DNA of 64,000 bases from Endomicrobium sp. GTDB taxonomy: Bacteria > Elusimicrobiota > Endomicrobiia > Endomicrobiales > Endomicrobiaceae. The notes beneath the pieces are model-generated. The model was not told where the DNA came from. It made no database searches and saw only the letters and a list, made by a program, of their open reading frames with translations. Numbering within the stretch: the stretch's first letter is position 1; every line of letters starts with the position of its first letter. Where the stretch lies: NCBI GenBank assembly GCA_031262885.1, contig JAISGV010000001.1, forward strand, positions 822 through 64,821, in the 5' to 3' direction. Below are positions 1 to 11,343 of the stretch, piece after piece. Position numbers and translations under genes: made by a program.

Positions 1-353
1 AAAGAATAACATTAGATATCTTGAAGAATATAGATTTTGTTGATGTTAAAGGTATTACAAAAGGAAAGGGTTATGCAGGGGTAATTAAAAGGCATAATTT
101 TTCTATGCAAGCTGTTACACATGGTCAATCTGATAGAGAGAGAGCAAGAGGTTCTAGTGGAGGACAAGGCCCACAAAGAGTTTTAAAAGGGACTAAAATG
201 TCTGGACATTTAGGTAATAAATATGTTACAATACAGAGATTGCATATTGTTAAAATTGATATAAACAAAGATTTTTTATTTATAAAAGGTTGTGTTCCAG
301 GAATAATTGGAAGCAATTTATTTATAAGCGCTACTGTTAAAAAATCGATATAA
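1..353 (+). CDS. rplC: 50S ribosomal protein L3 (5'-truncated by window edge)
   Basis: VDVKGITKGKGYAGVIKRHNF and KMSGHLG L3 motifs; open frame extends to the window start. Confidence 0.97.
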   Translation, partial: RITLDILKNIDFVDVKGITKGKGYAGVIKRHNFSMQAVTHGQSDRERARGSSGGQGPQRVLKGTKMSGHLGNKYVTIQRLHIVKIDINKDFLFIKGCVPGIIGSNLFISATVKKSI

Positions 354-378
354 AAATAAGTGTAAAAGAGAGATACAC

Positions 379-1065
379 ATGATAGATACAAGTTTATATA
401 ATGAAGAAGTAGAACATAAAAAAAATATTAAGATAGATAATTTTTTAGCAGATATTATTATTTCCAATGATTTATTACATGAAACGGTTATTGCTTACTT
501 AAATAATCAGAGAACGGGACAACATAAAACTAAAACTAGAGGAGAGGTAGCTTTTTCTGGAGCAAAACCTTGGAAGCAGAAAGGTACAGGTCATGCTAGA
601 GCTGGACAAAGGAATTCTCCGTTGTGGAGAAAAGGTGGAACAATATTTGGACCTAAACCTAAAAATTATTATACTAAAATTTCGAAGCGCAAAAAAAGAC
701 TTTCTTTATTAATGTCAATTTGTCAACAAATTAAAGCTGGTCATGTAATAATATTAGAATCTATTAAAATAAATAAAATGAAAACCAAAATTGCTATTGA
801 TTTTTTAAATAATCTTGGAATAAATTTACTTAAAAATAAAGTTTTATTAATTACATTTTCATGTAATAATGAGTTTAAGTTTGCATTTAGGAATATTAAA
901 AATGTTGGTTTAATGAGTGTTAAGAATTTAAATTCATACAACGTATTATTACCGGACTTTCTAGTATTTACAACTAAAGCTATAAATTATATAAAAAGTT
1001 TACAAAACAAGAATAGTGATGTGAGTATAAACTTAAATGTAAATAAAAAAATGGAGATAAAATAA
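379..1065 (+). CDS. rplD: 50S ribosomal protein L4
   Basis: TKTRGEV..SGAKPWKQKGTGHARAG motif; S10 operon order. Confidence 0.97.
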   Translation: MIDTSLYNEEVEHKKNIKIDNFLADIIISNDLLHETVIAYLNNQRTGQHKTKTRGEVAFSGAKPWKQKGTGHARAGQRNSPLWRKGGTIFGPKPKNYYTKISKRKKRLSLLMSICQQIKAGHVIILESIKINKMKTKIAIDFLNNLGINLLKNKVLLITFSCNNEFKFAFRNIKNVGLMSVKNLNSYNVLLPDFLVFTTKAINYIKSLQNKNSDVSINLNVNKKMEIK

Positions 1066-1074
1066 AATAAATAT

Positions 1075-1365
1075 ATGAATCTTTTTAATATTCTAAAAAA
1101 ACCTATTATAACAAGCAAAACAGCTAAATTAAAATATAAAAATAATGAATATGTATTTATGGTAGATAAATATGCTAATAAATTTCAAATAAAACATGCA
1201 GTTGAGAGTTTATTTAAAGTTAAAGTTGTAAATGTTAATACAGCTAATTTTATTGGTAAACAAAAAAGAATTGGAAAAAATGTTGGTTATAAAAATGATT
1301 GGAAAAAAGCTATAATAAAGCTGTCCAATGGGCAAGAAATTCATGTTATTAATAAATTAAAATAA
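1075..1365 (+). CDS. rplW: 50S ribosomal protein L23
   Basis: KPIITSK, ANKFQIK, WKKAII motifs; synteny. Confidence 0.96.
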   Translation: MNLFNILKKPIITSKTAKLKYKNNEYVFMVDKYANKFQIKHAVESLFKVKVVNVNTANFIGKQKRIGKNVGYKNDWKKAIIKLSNGQEIHVINKLK

Positions 1366-1384
1366 AATATAGGGAAAATATATA

Positions 1385-2221
1385 ATGACAATGAAAACTT
1401 TTAAACCATACACTCAGTCTAGACGTTCTATGTCTGTATCTAATTTTCTAGATATTACAAAAAAACGTCCAGAAAAAGCATTAATAAAAATAATAAAAAA
1501 GAAAGGTGGCAGGAATAACACTGGCAGTGTTATGGTTCGTTTTAGAGGAGGTGGACATAAAAGATTTTATAGATTAATTGATTTTAAAAGAAATAAATTT
1601 AATGTTCCTGCAAAAGTTATAGCAATTGAATATGATCCAAATCGATCTTGTAGAATATTATTACTTAAATATAAAGATGGAGAAAAACGTTATATAATAC
1701 AACCCAATGGGGTTAAAGTTGGTGATATTGTCATATCTGGAAATAATGTTGAAGTAAAACCTGGAAATTCTCTTCCACTTTTTAACATTCCAGTAGGAAC
1801 TTTTATTCATAATATAGAACTAATAGCAGGGAAAGGTGGACAATTAGTTAGATCAGCTGGAGCAGTTGCTCAAATATTAGCTAAGAAGGAAAAATATGCT
1901 CATATAAAAATGCCATCTAGTGAAATTAGATTAATAAATCTAAAGTGTTATGCAACGATTGGTCAAGTTGGCAATTTAAAACATGAAAATGTTAATATAG
2001 GATCAGCTGGCAGAAATAGACATCTTGGTAAAAGATCTCACGTAAGGGGTACTGCTATGAATGCGGTAGATCATCCTCATGGTGGAGGTAGAGGGAGATC
2101 TAAAGGGAATAATCAGCCTAGAAGTCCTTGGAATCAACCAGCAAAAGGGTTTAAAACAAGACAAAAAAAAATTTGGGATAAAATGATAATAACTCCTCGT
2201 AATAATGGAGGTGCTAAATGA
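1385..2221 (+). CDS. rplB: 50S ribosomal protein L2
   Basis: [29 protein letters not shown]. Confidence 0.98.
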   Translation: MTMKTFKPYTQSRRSMSVSNFLDITKKRPEKALIKIIKKKGGRNNTGSVMVRFRGGGHKRFYRLIDFKRNKFNVPAKVIAIEYDPNRSCRILLLKYKDGEKRYIIQPNGVKVGDIVISGNNVEVKPGNSLPLFNIPVGTFIHNIELIAGKGGQLVRSAGAVAQILAKKEKYAHIKMPSSEIRLINLKCYATIGQVGNLKHENVNIGSAGRNRHLGKRSHVRGTAMNAVDHPHGGGRGRSKGNNQPRSPWNQPAKGFKTRQKKIWDKMIITPRNNGGAK

Positions 2222-2502
2222 GTAGATCTATAAAGAAAGGTCCATATATAGACGTAAAATTATTAGATAAAATTAGAAAGCAAAATAAGTCTAAAAATAA
2301 AAAAGTTATTAAAACTTGGGCTAGAGCAAGCACGATAACTCCTGAGTTTGTAGGTAATACGTTAGCTATTCATAATGGCAAGAAATTTATATCAATATTT
2401 ATATCAGAAAGAATGGTTGGTCATAAATTAGGAGAATTTGCTCCAACTAGAAGCTTTAGAGGACATGGAGGAATGTCTAAACAAGGAACTTCTTTAACAT
2501 AA
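2218..2502 (+). CDS. rpsS: 30S ribosomal protein S19
   Basis: [21 protein letters not shown]. Confidence 0.98.
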   Translation: MSRSIKKGPYIDVKLLDKIRKQNKSKNKKVIKTWARASTITPEFVGNTLAIHNGKKFISIFISERMVGHKLGEFAPTRSFRGHGGMSKQGTSLT

Positions 2503-2547
2503 AGATTAAAAAGATTATAATGTAAAAAAATATAAAAGGATTAAATA

Positions 2548-2883
2548 ATGGAAGCAACAGCTATAGCTAAATTTATTAGATGTAGTCCAAGAAAAGTAAA
2601 TCAAGTTTTAAAACTTATAAGAAAAAAAAATGTAAATGAAGCTTTGATTAACTTATCGCAATTAAATAAATCAAGTTCCTTGATTATTAGAAAAGTACTA
2701 AAAAATGCATTAGCAAATATTAATGAAAAAAATAAAATGAATAATGAAAAAATACATCCTGTAATAAAAGAGGCTTGGGTTTGTTGTGGACCTACCTTAA
2801 AAAGAATGAGGCCTGGACCTAGAGGTAGGGCAATGGCAATTAAAAAAAGAACAAGTCATATTACTGTTGTAGTAGCTGGTTGA
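2548..2883 (+). CDS. rplV: 50S ribosomal protein L22
   Basis: SPRKV, GPTLKR, KRTSHITV. Confidence 0.97.
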   Translation: MEATAIAKFIRCSPRKVNQVLKLIRKKNVNEALINLSQLNKSSSLIIRKVLKNALANINEKNKMNNEKIHPVIKEAWVCCGPTLKRMRPGPRGRAMAIKKRTSHITVVVAG

Positions 2884-2922
2884 AAAATTTTTTTAGAAAG
2901 AGAAAGGTAAGGTAAATTATTT

Positions 2923-3600
2923 ATGGGTCATAAGTCACATCCAAAGAGTTTAAGATTAGGATATACCCAAGATTGGGTATCTAAATGGTTTGATTTGAAG
3001 AAAATGCCTGATTTTATAGAAGAAGATTATCGTATTAGAATATTTTTGAAAAATAAGTTAAAATTAGCGTCAGTTTCGAAAATTGTAATTGAACGTTCAG
3101 TAAAATCTTTACGTATAAGTTTGCATACAGCTAGGCCTGGCATTGTAATTGGTAAAGGAGGACAAGGAATTGAGAATTTAAAGGTAAACCTTGAAAAAAT
3201 TACTCTAAAAAAAATAACTATAAATGTAATTGAGATTAAAAAACCTGAGCTAGATGCTCAACTTGTATCGGAAAACATAGCTTTTCAGCTTGAAAAACAC
3301 ATGGCTTTTAGAAGAATTATGAAGAAAGCTATTGAGAAAGCTATTTCGTCTGGAATTAATGGAATAAAAGTTATGATATCAGGTAGAATTGGCGGAGCAG
3401 AAATAGCAAGAACTGAATGGATTAAAAATGGAAGGTTACCATTACAAACCTTTAGGGCAGATATAGATTATGGGTTTTCTGAAGCTAAAACAACAATGGG
3501 ACAAATAGGTGTAAAGGTTTGGATATTTAAAAAGGAATTATTTAAAAAGAAAACAATTCAGGAATTAGCAACAAATAGTATTATTAAAAATAATAAATAA
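2923..3600 (+). CDS. rpsC: 30S ribosomal protein S3
   Basis: [32 protein letters not shown]. Confidence 0.98.
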   Translation: MGHKSHPKSLRLGYTQDWVSKWFDLKKMPDFIEEDYRIRIFLKNKLKLASVSKIVIERSVKSLRISLHTARPGIVIGKGGQGIENLKVNLEKITLKKITINVIEIKKPELDAQLVSENIAFQLEKHMAFRRIMKKAIEKAISSGINGIKVMISGRIGGAEIARTEWIKNGRLPLQTFRADIDYGFSEAKTTMGQIGVKVWIFKKELFKKKTIQELATNSIIKNNK

Positions 3601-3613
3601 AGGTCATTATATT

Positions 3614-4018
3614 ATGTTAATGCCAAAAAGAGTAAAATATAGAAAGGTTCATAGAGGGAAAATAAAAGGGAAAGCTAAAAGAGGTAACTTTGTAGCATTT
3701 GGTGAATATGGATTACAAGCCTTGGAACCAAAATGGATAACTAGTAATCAAATAGAAGCTGCTCGTATTGCTTTAGTAAAATTTATAAAAAAAGGAGGAA
3801 AAATTTGGATCAGACTTTTTCCAGATAAACCAATTACAAAAAAACCTGCAGAGACTAGAATGGGAAAAGGTAAAGGTGATCCTCAATATTGGGTTGCAGT
3901 AGTTAAACCTGGTAGAGTTATGTTTGAAATGGAAGGTATAAATAAAGAAGATGCAATAAAAGCATTAACATTAGCTTCTAATAAATTACCTATAAATACA
4001 AAAATATTAGTTAGATAA
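3614..4018 (+). CDS. rplP: 50S ribosomal protein L16
   Basis: [20 protein letters not shown]. Confidence 0.98.
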   Translation: MLMPKRVKYRKVHRGKIKGKAKRGNFVAFGEYGLQALEPKWITSNQIEAARIALVKFIKKGGKIWIRLFPDKPITKKPAETRMGKGKGDPQYWVAVVKPGRVMFEMEGINKEDAIKALTLASNKLPINTKILVR

Positions 4019-4044
4019 TTAATAAGAAAATGGGCAAAAAATAA

Positions 4045-4254
4045 ATGAAAAAAAAAAAAAATTTTAAAAAAGAAATAGAAAATATGTCTGTGTTGGAATT
4101 GAAAAATAGACTAAAAAAATTATATTATCAATTATTTAATTTAAAAATTCATAATAAAATTTCTAGTTTAAAAAATCCTATTGAAATTAAAAGCTTGAGA
4201 AGAAATATTGCAAGATTGAAAACCTTGATTAATAATATTAGTATTAAAAAATAA
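4045..4254 (+). CDS. rpmC: 50S ribosomal protein L29
   Basis: LFNLK...LKNP..IK.LRRNIARLKT; between rplP and rpsQ. Confidence 0.93.
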   Translation: MKKKKNFKKEIENMSVLELKNRLKKLYYQLFNLKIHNKISSLKNPIEIKSLRRNIARLKTLINNISIKK

Positions 4255-4284
4255 ATATTATATAGGAGAATTTATAAAATTATC

Positions 4285-4536
4285 ATGATGATAGAACGTA
4301 ATAATCGTAAGTGTCGTGTTGGAATAGTAATAAATGATAAAAATGATAAAACTAGAAAAGTTTCCATTAAAAGAGTTTTTAGACATCCATTATATGGTAA
4401 GATTATTTGTGAAAATAAAAAATTCACAGTACATGATGAATACAATGTTTCCCATATGGGGGATATTGTCAAAATAATGGAATCTAGATCGTTTTCAAGA
4501 ACTAAAAAATGGATTTTAATTAGAGTATTAAAATAA
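4285..4536 (+). CDS. rpsQ: 30S ribosomal protein S17
   Basis: HPLYGK, HDE, GDIVKIMESR..SRTKKW. Confidence 0.96.
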   Translation: MMIERNNRKCRVGIVINDKNDKTRKVSIKRVFRHPLYGKIICENKKFTVHDEYNVSHMGDIVKIMESRSFSRTKKWILIRVLK

Positions 4537-4572
4537 AAAATAACTAGTAAAAAAGTGGAGATAAAAGATATA

Positions 4573-4941
4573 ATGATTCAAGAACGAACAGTTTTAAATG
4601 TAGCAGATAATTCTGGTGCAAAACGAATTAGATGTTTTAGAATTACAGGAGGATTTAAACGTCGTTATGCTAGTTTAGGAGATATAATTCATGCTTCAGT
4701 ACAAACAACCCTTTCTCATTCTGAGATAAAAAAAGGAGATGTTGTAAAAGCAGTAATTGTAAGAACAGTTAAAGAAGTACGGCGTTTAGATGGCACTTAT
4801 ATTAGATTTAGTGATAATGCGGCTGTTATTATAAATGATAATAAGGAACCTATAGGTTCTCGTATTTTTGGTCCAGTGGCTATTGAACTTAAAAAAAGAG
4901 GTTATTTAAAAATAATTTCATTAGCTTCTGAAGTTATATAA
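4573..4941 (+). CDS. rplN: 50S ribosomal protein L14
   Basis: [25 protein letters not shown]; start refined to ATG 4573. Confidence 0.97.
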   Translation: MIQERTVLNVADNSGAKRIRCFRITGGFKRRYASLGDIIHASVQTTLSHSEIKKGDVVKAVIVRTVKEVRRLDGTYIRFSDNAAVIINDNKEPIGSRIFGPVAIELKKRGYLKIISLASEVI

Positions 4942-4987
4942 AGAAGTATTTTTAATGAAAGATTAATTATAAATAGGATAATTAAAA

Positions 4988-5287
4988 ATGTTTAGTATAA
5001 AGAAAGAAGATGAAGTAATGATTTTATCTGGTAAATATAAAGGTATAAAAAGTAAGGTTATCGGTGTATTGCATAAAAAATACTCTGTACTTCTTAAAAA
5101 TATAAATCTGAGAAAGAAACGAAACAAAAATAATAAAAATTCAATACAAGAAAATGAAAGCCCTATATATTTAAGTAAAGTGATTTTGATATGTAAAAAA
5201 TGTAATAAAACTGTTAGACCTAAATTTAATATAGAAAATGGTAAAAAAATTAGAGTTTGTAGACATTGCAATCAAATTATTTTGTAA
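4988..5287 (+). CDS. rplX: 50S ribosomal protein L24 (with CxxC...CxxC)
   Basis: KOW-like IKKEDEV.ILSGKYKG; synteny rplN-rplX-rplE. Confidence 0.92.
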   Translation: MFSIKKEDEVMILSGKYKGIKSKVIGVLHKKYSVLLKNINLRKKRNKNNKNSIQENESPIYLSKVILICKKCNKTVRPKFNIENGKKIRVCRHCNQIIL

Positions 5288-5313
5288 TTTTTAGTTTTAT
5301 GAGGTAAAATATA

Positions 5314-5862
5314 ATGATTCAAGCTCGTTTAAAAGATATTTATTTTAATGATATAAGAGAAAAAATTAAGAAATATTTTGGTCTTAAAAATATATACCAA
5401 GTTCCAAAAATTATTAAAGTAGTTTTAAATATTGGTATTGGTGAAGCAAAAAATAATTCGAAAGTTTTAGATATTGCAAATAAAGAATTAGCAGCTATTA
5501 CTGGGCAAAAACCTATGATTTGTCGAGCTAAAAAATCTATATCTAACTTTAAAATAAGAAAAGGTATGGCTATAGGTGTAAAAGTGACATTAAGAGATAC
5601 TATAATGTATGAATTTTTGGATAGATTGATTAGTATTGCTATTCCGCGTATAAGAGATTTTAGAGGATTATCTGATAAAGGATTTGACGGACAAGGAAAT
5701 TTAAATATAGGAATTTATGAGCAATATATTTTTCCAGAAATAAACGTAGATAGATCTGATAAATCCAGAGGATTAAATATAAGTGTAATAACAAATTCTA
5801 AAAATGAAGAACAAGTTAAAATGTTACTTAAATGTTTAGGATTTCCTTTTAAAAAGAAATAA
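5314..5862 (+). CDS. rplE: 50S ribosomal protein L5
   Basis: ITGQKP, PRIRDFRG, FPEI. Confidence 0.98.
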   Translation: MIQARLKDIYFNDIREKIKKYFGLKNIYQVPKIIKVVLNIGIGEAKNNSKVLDIANKELAAITGQKPMICRAKKSISNFKIRKGMAIGVKVTLRDTIMYEFLDRLISIAIPRIRDFRGLSDKGFDGQGNLNIGIYEQYIFPEINVDRSDKSRGLNISVITNSKNEEQVKMLLKCLGFPFKKK

Positions 5863-5884
5863 TATTAACTAAAGGATTTTACTT

Positions 5885-6070
5885 ATGGCAACAGTTTCAG
5901 CAGAAGCTAAAATGCGTAAACCACAAAAATTTCGTTCTAGATATAGGAATAGATGTAAATTATGTGGTAGACCTAGGGCTTATTACAGAGATTTTGGACT
6001 TTGTAGAATATGTTTTAGAAATTTAGCTCGTAAAGGAGAAATTCCTGGAGTTACAAAGTCAAGTTGGTAA
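5885..6070 (+). CDS. rpsZ: 30S ribosomal protein S14 type Z (zinc-binding, 61 aa)
   Basis: RCKLCGRPR...[19 protein letters not shown]. Confidence 0.97.
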   Translation: MATVSAEAKMRKPQKFRSRYRNRCKLCGRPRAYYRDFGLCRICFRNLARKGEIPGVTKSSW

Positions 6071-6096
6071 AAATAGAAAGGAGTTAATTTAAAAAG

Positions 6097-6495
6097 ATGC
6101 TTATAGATCCTATTTCTGACGTTTTTACTAGAATTCGTAATGCTATAGAGAGATTTCATGATAGTGTTGAAGTACCTAATTCAAAATTAAAATTAGAAAT
6201 TGTAAAAATTTTAAAAAGAGAAGGTTATATAATTGGATATGAAAACATAAAAAGTAAGAACCAAAAAATTTTAAGAATATATCTTAAATATAATGATAAG
6301 AAAAAGAAATCAGCTATATATGGTTTAAAAAGAATTTCTAAACCTGGCCTTAGAGTATATAAAGGATATAAATTTATTCCTGATATTATTGCAGGATTGG
6401 GAATAACTATAGTTTCTACTTCTAAGGGATTAATGACTAATAAAGAAGCTCAAAAAGCAAAATTGGGCGGAGAAATTTTAGGTAGTGTTTGGTAA
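6097..6495 (+). CDS. rpsH: 30S ribosomal protein S8
   Basis: DPISD..TRIRNA, SKPGLRVY, STSKGLM, GGE. Confidence 0.98.
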   Translation: MLIDPISDVFTRIRNAIERFHDSVEVPNSKLKLEIVKILKREGYIIGYENIKSKNQKILRIYLKYNDKKKKSAIYGLKRISKPGLRVYKGYKFIPDIIAGLGITIVSTSKGLMTNKEAQKAKLGGEILGSVW

Positions 6496-6554
6496 TATTT
6501 AAGAAAGTTGTTTATAGTTTGTTTTTTAAATTTTATTTTTTAAGGATTATATAA

Positions 6555-7130
6555 ATGAGTCGTTTAAGTAAACAACCTATCATGATTATGAAGAACATTG
6601 TTATAGATTTTACAGGAGGAATATTATCAGTAAAAAGCTCTAAAGGGAAGTTACAGCAAGAGATACATAAAGATATAAATTTAGAAATTCGCGATAATTT
6701 TATTTTATTGAAGGTTAATAAAGAATCTCGTAAAATTAATATGTTATGTGGTATGTTACGTGGTATGATCTTAAATATGCTTGAAGGTGTTAGTCGTGGA
6801 TTTGAGAAACAATTAGAAGTAATAGGGCTTGGGTATAAAGTAAATATAGATAATCCAAATAGAAAAATAATTTTATTTGTTGGTTTTTCACATTCTGTTT
6901 CGATAGATATACCTATTGATTTGAATGTGAATACTGCAGTTACAATTAATAAAACAATCTTAATTAAAATTAATGGTATTAGTAAATGTAAAGTTGGTAC
7001 ATTTGCAGCAAAGATAAGAGACATAAAACCACCTGAACCTTATAAAGGATTTGGAATAAGATATTTAAATGAGAAAGTAATAAGAAAATCTGGGAAATCA
7101 ACAGTAAGTTCTAGTAATAAAAGTAAATAA
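6555..7130 (+). CDS. rplF: 50S ribosomal protein L6
   Basis: MSRLSKQPI, GFSH, PPEPYKGFGIRY. Confidence 0.97.
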   Translation: MSRLSKQPIMIMKNIVIDFTGGILSVKSSKGKLQQEIHKDINLEIRDNFILLKVNKESRKINMLCGMLRGMILNMLEGVSRGFEKQLEVIGLGYKVNIDNPNRKIILFVGFSHSVSIDIPIDLNVNTAVTINKTILIKINGISKCKVGTFAAKIRDIKPPEPYKGFGIRYLNEKVIRKSGKSTVSSSNKSK

Positions 7131-7139
7131 GGTGATAAA

Positions 7140-7508
7140 ATGAAAGATAATAATGAAATAAAAAGATTTAATTTCAGAATAAAAAGAGTAAGGAGTAAAA
7201 TTAAAGGAACGCATGAACGCCCTCGTTTAGCTGTTTATCGTAGTAATAAACATCTTTATGCTCAAATTATAGATGATACAGTTGGAAAAACAATAATTTC
7301 AACTTCAACAATATCAAAAGAATTTAAAAAATTAAATGATAATATGAATAGTAAAATAGACATTTCTAAAATGATTGGAACTATATTAGCTAAAAAATCT
7401 TTTAAACATGGAATTAAGAAAGTAGTTTTTGATCGTAGAGGATACAAATATACCGGAAAAATCAAAATTTTAGCAAATGCTGCAAGAATAAATGGTTTAG
7501 AATTTTAG
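7140..7508 (+). CDS. rplR: 50S ribosomal protein L18
   Basis: [30 protein letters not shown]. Confidence 0.97.
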   Translation: MKDNNEIKRFNFRIKRVRSKIKGTHERPRLAVYRSNKHLYAQIIDDTVGKTIISTSTISKEFKKLNDNMNSKIDISKMIGTILAKKSFKHGIKKVVFDRRGYKYTGKIKILANAARINGLEF

Positions 7509-7548
7509 TCATTTAGTTCACAAAATCAGTTTCAGGAGGATTAATAAT

Positions 7549-8061
7549 TTGGTGGAACAAAATTCTAATGAATCTAGAAAAAAGGAAGAATTTAAAAATA
7601 AAGAAATTGTTATTAGTATTAACAGGGTTACAAAAGTAGTTAAAGGTGGAAAAAGATTTTCCTTTAGTGCTTTAGTTGTAGTTGGTAATGGTAAAGGAAA
7701 AGTAGGGTGCGGTATTGGAAAAGCAAAAGAAATACAAGCTGCAATTCAAAAAGGACGATTTCATGCTATGAAAAATATGATTATTACTAGTTTAAATAAT
7801 AATACGATACCCCATGAAGTTGTAGGGAATTTCGGTTCCGGAAAGGTAATGCTTAAACCTGCTGTTAGGGGAACAGGAGTAATAGCCGGAAATACTGTAA
7901 GGGCAGTACTTGAAGCTGTAGGAATAAAAGACATACTAACAAAATCAATAAAATCTTCTAATCCTTTTAATGTTGTATATGCTACAATTAATGCTTTGAA
8001 ACAACTTCGTTCAAAAGAAGAAATAGCTAAGATACGTAGTAAAGAGGTAATAGAAATATGA
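7549..8061 (+). CDS. rpsE: 30S ribosomal protein S5
   Basis: [23 protein letters not shown]; AGGAGG SD upstream. Confidence 0.97.
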   Translation: MVEQNSNESRKKEEFKNKEIVISINRVTKVVKGGKRFSFSALVVVGNGKGKVGCGIGKAKEIQAAIQKGRFHAMKNMIITSLNNNTIPHEVVGNFGSGKVMLKPAVRGTGVIAGNTVRAVLEAVGIKDILTKSIKSSNPFNVVYATINALKQLRSKEEIAKIRSKEVIEI

Positions 8062-8498
8062 GTATATTTTTGTGTAATTTAAAACCTGCTCAGAATTCTA
8101 GACACAGAAAAAAAATTTTAGGTCGTGGTTATGGTTCAGGACATGGTAAGACTTCTACTCGTGGGACAAAAGGACAAAAATCTAGAACAGGAGATGGAGC
8201 TAAAAAGATAGGGTTTGAAGGTGGTCAAACAGCTTTTTTTAGAAGAATACCTAAAAAGGGGTTTAAGAAACGAAATAATTTTAAGAATAAGCATGCCATA
8301 ATTAATATAAAAGAATTAAATAAGTTTGATTCTGGAACTAATATTACTCCTATATTTTTACAAAAATTAGGTATAATTTCTAAAAAAATTAAACATGTTA
8401 AAATTTTAGGAGTTGGATCTTTAAAAAAAGCTGTAACAGTAACCGATGTTTCTTTTTCAAAATCAGCATTTAATAAGATTAAAAATATTATTAAGTAA
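8058..8498 (+). CDS. rplO: 50S ribosomal protein L15
   Basis: [27 protein letters not shown]; ATGA overlap with rpsE. Confidence 0.97.
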   Translation: MSIFLCNLKPAQNSRHRKKILGRGYGSGHGKTSTRGTKGQKSRTGDGAKKIGFEGGQTAFFRRIPKKGFKKRNNFKNKHAIINIKELNKFDSGTNITPIFLQKLGIISKKIKHVKILGVGSLKKAVTVTDVSFSKSAFNKIKNIIK

Positions 8499-8514
8499 AG
8501 ATTAATTTTATATC

Positions 8515-9867
8515 ATGATAATTGCAATAAAACCACTTTTAAGTAAAATATCGTTAGATTTAAAAAAAAGAGTTTTTTTTACTTTGTTAATAATTGTAGT
8601 GTATCGAATAGGAGTCAATATTCCTATTCCTGGTATTAATATTGAATCAATTAAATTTTTATTCTTAAAACATCAAAATAATGGCATTTTAAACATTTTA
8701 GATATTTTTTCTGGAGGAGCTTTAAGAAAAATGTCTATCTTTTCCATGGGAGTTGTGCCATATATAAATTCTTCTATAATTATTAATTTAATACAAGGTG
8801 CACATATAGTCCCTTATCTAGATAAACTTAATAGAGAAGGTGAATATGGCAGAAAAAAAATAAATCAAATTATAAAGTATCTAACACTCATTTTAGGAAC
8901 AGTACAAGCATTTATTTTAACTTTAACCATGATTAAAATGTCAATTCGTTTGTATTTACCTATCGTAATTGACATATCATTTTCATGGATATTTTTATCA
9001 ATTATAACTCTTGTTACTGGAACTATGTTAATAATGTGGTTAGGTGAACAGATTACAGAAGTAGGAATTGGTAATGGAATTTCTATTATTATTTTTGCTG
9101 GTATTGTAGAAAAAACACCAAGGATATTTTTTAGAATTATAAAATTAATTCAAAACAAATTACTTTCTTTAAAATATATTTTTTTATTATTAGTAATAAT
9201 GAGTATAATGTTTATTATATTAATTTGGGTAGAAACTGCTTATAGAAAAATATATATTCATTATGTAAAAAAAATGTCTGGAGAAAAATTATACAATGAA
9301 GATATATCTTTTTTACCTATAAAATTAGAACAATCTGGAGTTATGGCCGTTATTTTTGCTACTTCAATTTTATCTACTTTTATAATTATATTTCAATTTG
9401 TTATATCAAGATATAATGTATTGAATTTTATTATAATTAAAAAATTTATAAAACCAATTATTAGTAATTTAGTAATATATAATATAGTTTATGCATGTCT
9501 TATTTTATTTTTTTGTTATTTTTATAATTCTATTTCTTTTGATACGATTGAAATAGCAGACAATATAAGAAGATTAGAAGGTTATGTTCCAAATGTAAGA
9601 CCTGGAAAACAGACTAGTATTTATATATATAATGTTTTAAAAGGGATTACATTATGGGGTGCGATTTTTGTAATAATGATAGCTATTGCTCCTGATTATT
9701 TAAGTTATATATTTAATATTCCATTTTTATTTAATGGAACTTCATTATTGATAGTTATAGGTGTGTCTTTAGATGTTATTTGTCAAGTGGAATCTTATAT
9801 AATTACAAAAAATTATGAAAGATATTCTATCTTACATACAAAAAAGAAGAAAATGGTTAAAATATAA
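8515..9867 (+). CDS. secY: Preprotein translocase subunit SecY
   Basis: SIFSMGVVPYINSSII, WLGEQIT..GIGNGIS, VPNVRPG, GTSLLI; about 10 TM segments. Confidence 0.97.
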   Translation: MIIAIKPLLSKISLDLKKRVFFTLLIIVVYRIGVNIPIPGINIESIKFLFLKHQNNGILNILDIFSGGALRKMSIFSMGVVPYINSSIIINLIQGAHIVPYLDKLNREGEYGRKKINQIIKYLTLILGTVQAFILTLTMIKMSIRLYLPIVIDISFSWIFLSIITLVTGTMLIMWLGEQITEVGIGNGISIIIFAGIVEKTPRIFFRIIKLIQNKLLSLKYIFLLLVIMSIMFIILIWVETAYRKIYIHYVKKMSGEKLYNEDISFLPIKLEQSGVMAVIFATSILSTFIIIFQFVISRYNVLNFIIIKKFIKPIISNLVIYNIVYACLILFFCYFYNSISFDTIEIADNIRRLEGYVPNVRPGKQTSIYIYNVLKGITLWGAIFVIMIAIAPDYLSYIFNIPFLFNGTSLLIVIGVSLDVICQVESYIITKNYERYSILHTKKKKMVKI

Positions 9868-9868
9868 A

Positions 9869-10510
9869 ATGATAAAATGTTTCATATTGTTAGGACCTCC
9901 TGGCTCTGGAAAAGGAACTCAAGCTAATAAAATAATTAAAAAGTTTAATTTTTTATATTTATCCACAGGAGATATATTAAGAAATGCTGAGAAATATGAT
10001 GAAAATATAAGGAATATATTAAAAAAAGGAAAACTGATTCCAGATTCTTTAATTATAAAATTAATTACAGAGTATATAAAAAAGAATAATATAGAAAATG
10101 GAATTTTATTTGACGGTTTTCCTAGAACTATAAATCAAGCTAAAACTTTAGATTTAATTTTGAGTAAAAATAACGCCAAAATAAGTATTATTTTTATAAT
10201 TTCTTTAAATTTAAAAGAAACAATTTTAAGGATAAAAAGCAGGAGAGTTTGTAGTATATGTGGAACAAATTATAGTATAGAACATAATAAATCTACAGAT
10301 AAATGCAAAATTTGTCATGGAAAACTCTTTCAAAGAAACGACGATGAAAATGAAAAGGTAATAATAAATAGATTTTTAATTTATGAAAAACAAATAAAAC
10401 CTATATTGTTATACTATAAAAAATCTAATTTTTTAGTTAATATAAATGGATTGGAAAAAGAAGAAGAAATTTTTAAACAAATAACAAAAAATATTATTAA
10501 AAGAAATTAA
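9869..10510 (+). CDS. adk: Adenylate kinase (zinc-lid type)
   Basis: GPPGSGKGTQA, DGFPRT, CSIC/CKIC lid; start refined to ATG 9869. Confidence 0.96.
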   Translation: MIKCFILLGPPGSGKGTQANKIIKKFNFLYLSTGDILRNAEKYDENIRNILKKGKLIPDSLIIKLITEYIKKNNIENGILFDGFPRTINQAKTLDLILSKNNAKISIIFIISLNLKETILRIKSRRVCSICGTNYSIEHNKSTDKCKICHGKLFQRNDDENEKVIINRFLIYEKQIKPILLYYKKSNFLVNINGLEKEEEIFKQITKNIIKRN

Positions 10511-10525
10511 AAAAGGCAGTATGTA

Positions 10526-11308
10526 ATGTTTATTGGTGTAGAAAAAATAAAATTAAAAAGTAAATTGGAAATTAAGAAAATGAGAGTAGCTGGTAAAGTG
10601 ACTGGAAAACTTTTAGAAGAATTAAATAACATAATAAAACCTGGAATTACAACAGAACATATAAATAGTTTTACTGAACAATATATAAGATCTTTTAAAA
10701 TGATTCCGGCTTTTTTAGGAGTTAAAGGTATTAGTATAAATTTTCCTGCATCTGCTTGTGTTTCTGTAAATGATGAAGTAGTTCATGGAATTCCTAATAA
10801 ATCCAGAATGTTACGTTCTGGAGATATAGTATCTGTAGATGTTGGTACCATTTATAATGGTTATTATAGTGACGCAGCAAAAACTTATGCAGTGGGAGAT
10901 GTGTCTAAAATAGCTAATAAATTAATAAATATTACAAAACTATCATTGGAATTAGGAATAAAACAAGTTATCCCTGGAAATAAAATTGGAGATATATCTT
11001 TTGTTATTCAACGATTAGTAGAAGATAATGGATTTACAATAGTAAAAGATTTTGTAGGACATGGAATAGGTAAGTCGTTACATGAAAATCCTCAAATTCC
11101 TAATTTTGGGAAAAAAAATACAGGACTTAAGTTAATACCTGGTATGGTGTTTACTATAGAACCAATGGTGAATGTAGGTAATTATGAAGTATATATAAAT
11201 CCTAAAAATAATTGGACAGTTTTAACAAAAGATAAAAGTTTGAGTGCTCATTTTGAGCATACCATAGCTGTGACTGAAGATGGATGTGAAATTTTGACAA
11301 ATATTTAA
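10526..11308 (+). CDS. map: Methionine aminopeptidase type I
   Basis: VVHGIP, GHGIG, IEPM, FEHT metal ligands. Confidence 0.97.
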   Translation: MFIGVEKIKLKSKLEIKKMRVAGKVTGKLLEELNNIIKPGITTEHINSFTEQYIRSFKMIPAFLGVKGISINFPASACVSVNDEVVHGIPNKSRMLRSGDIVSVDVGTIYNGYYSDAAKTYAVGDVSKIANKLINITKLSLELGIKQVIPGNKIGDISFVIQRLVEDNGFTIVKDFVGHGIGKSLHENPQIPNFGKKNTGLKLIPGMVFTIEPMVNVGNYEVYINPKNNWTVLTKDKSLSAHFEHTIAVTEDGCEILTNI

Positions 11309-11343
11309 AACAAATATTTTTGAAAAGAGGTCTATAATAAAAA

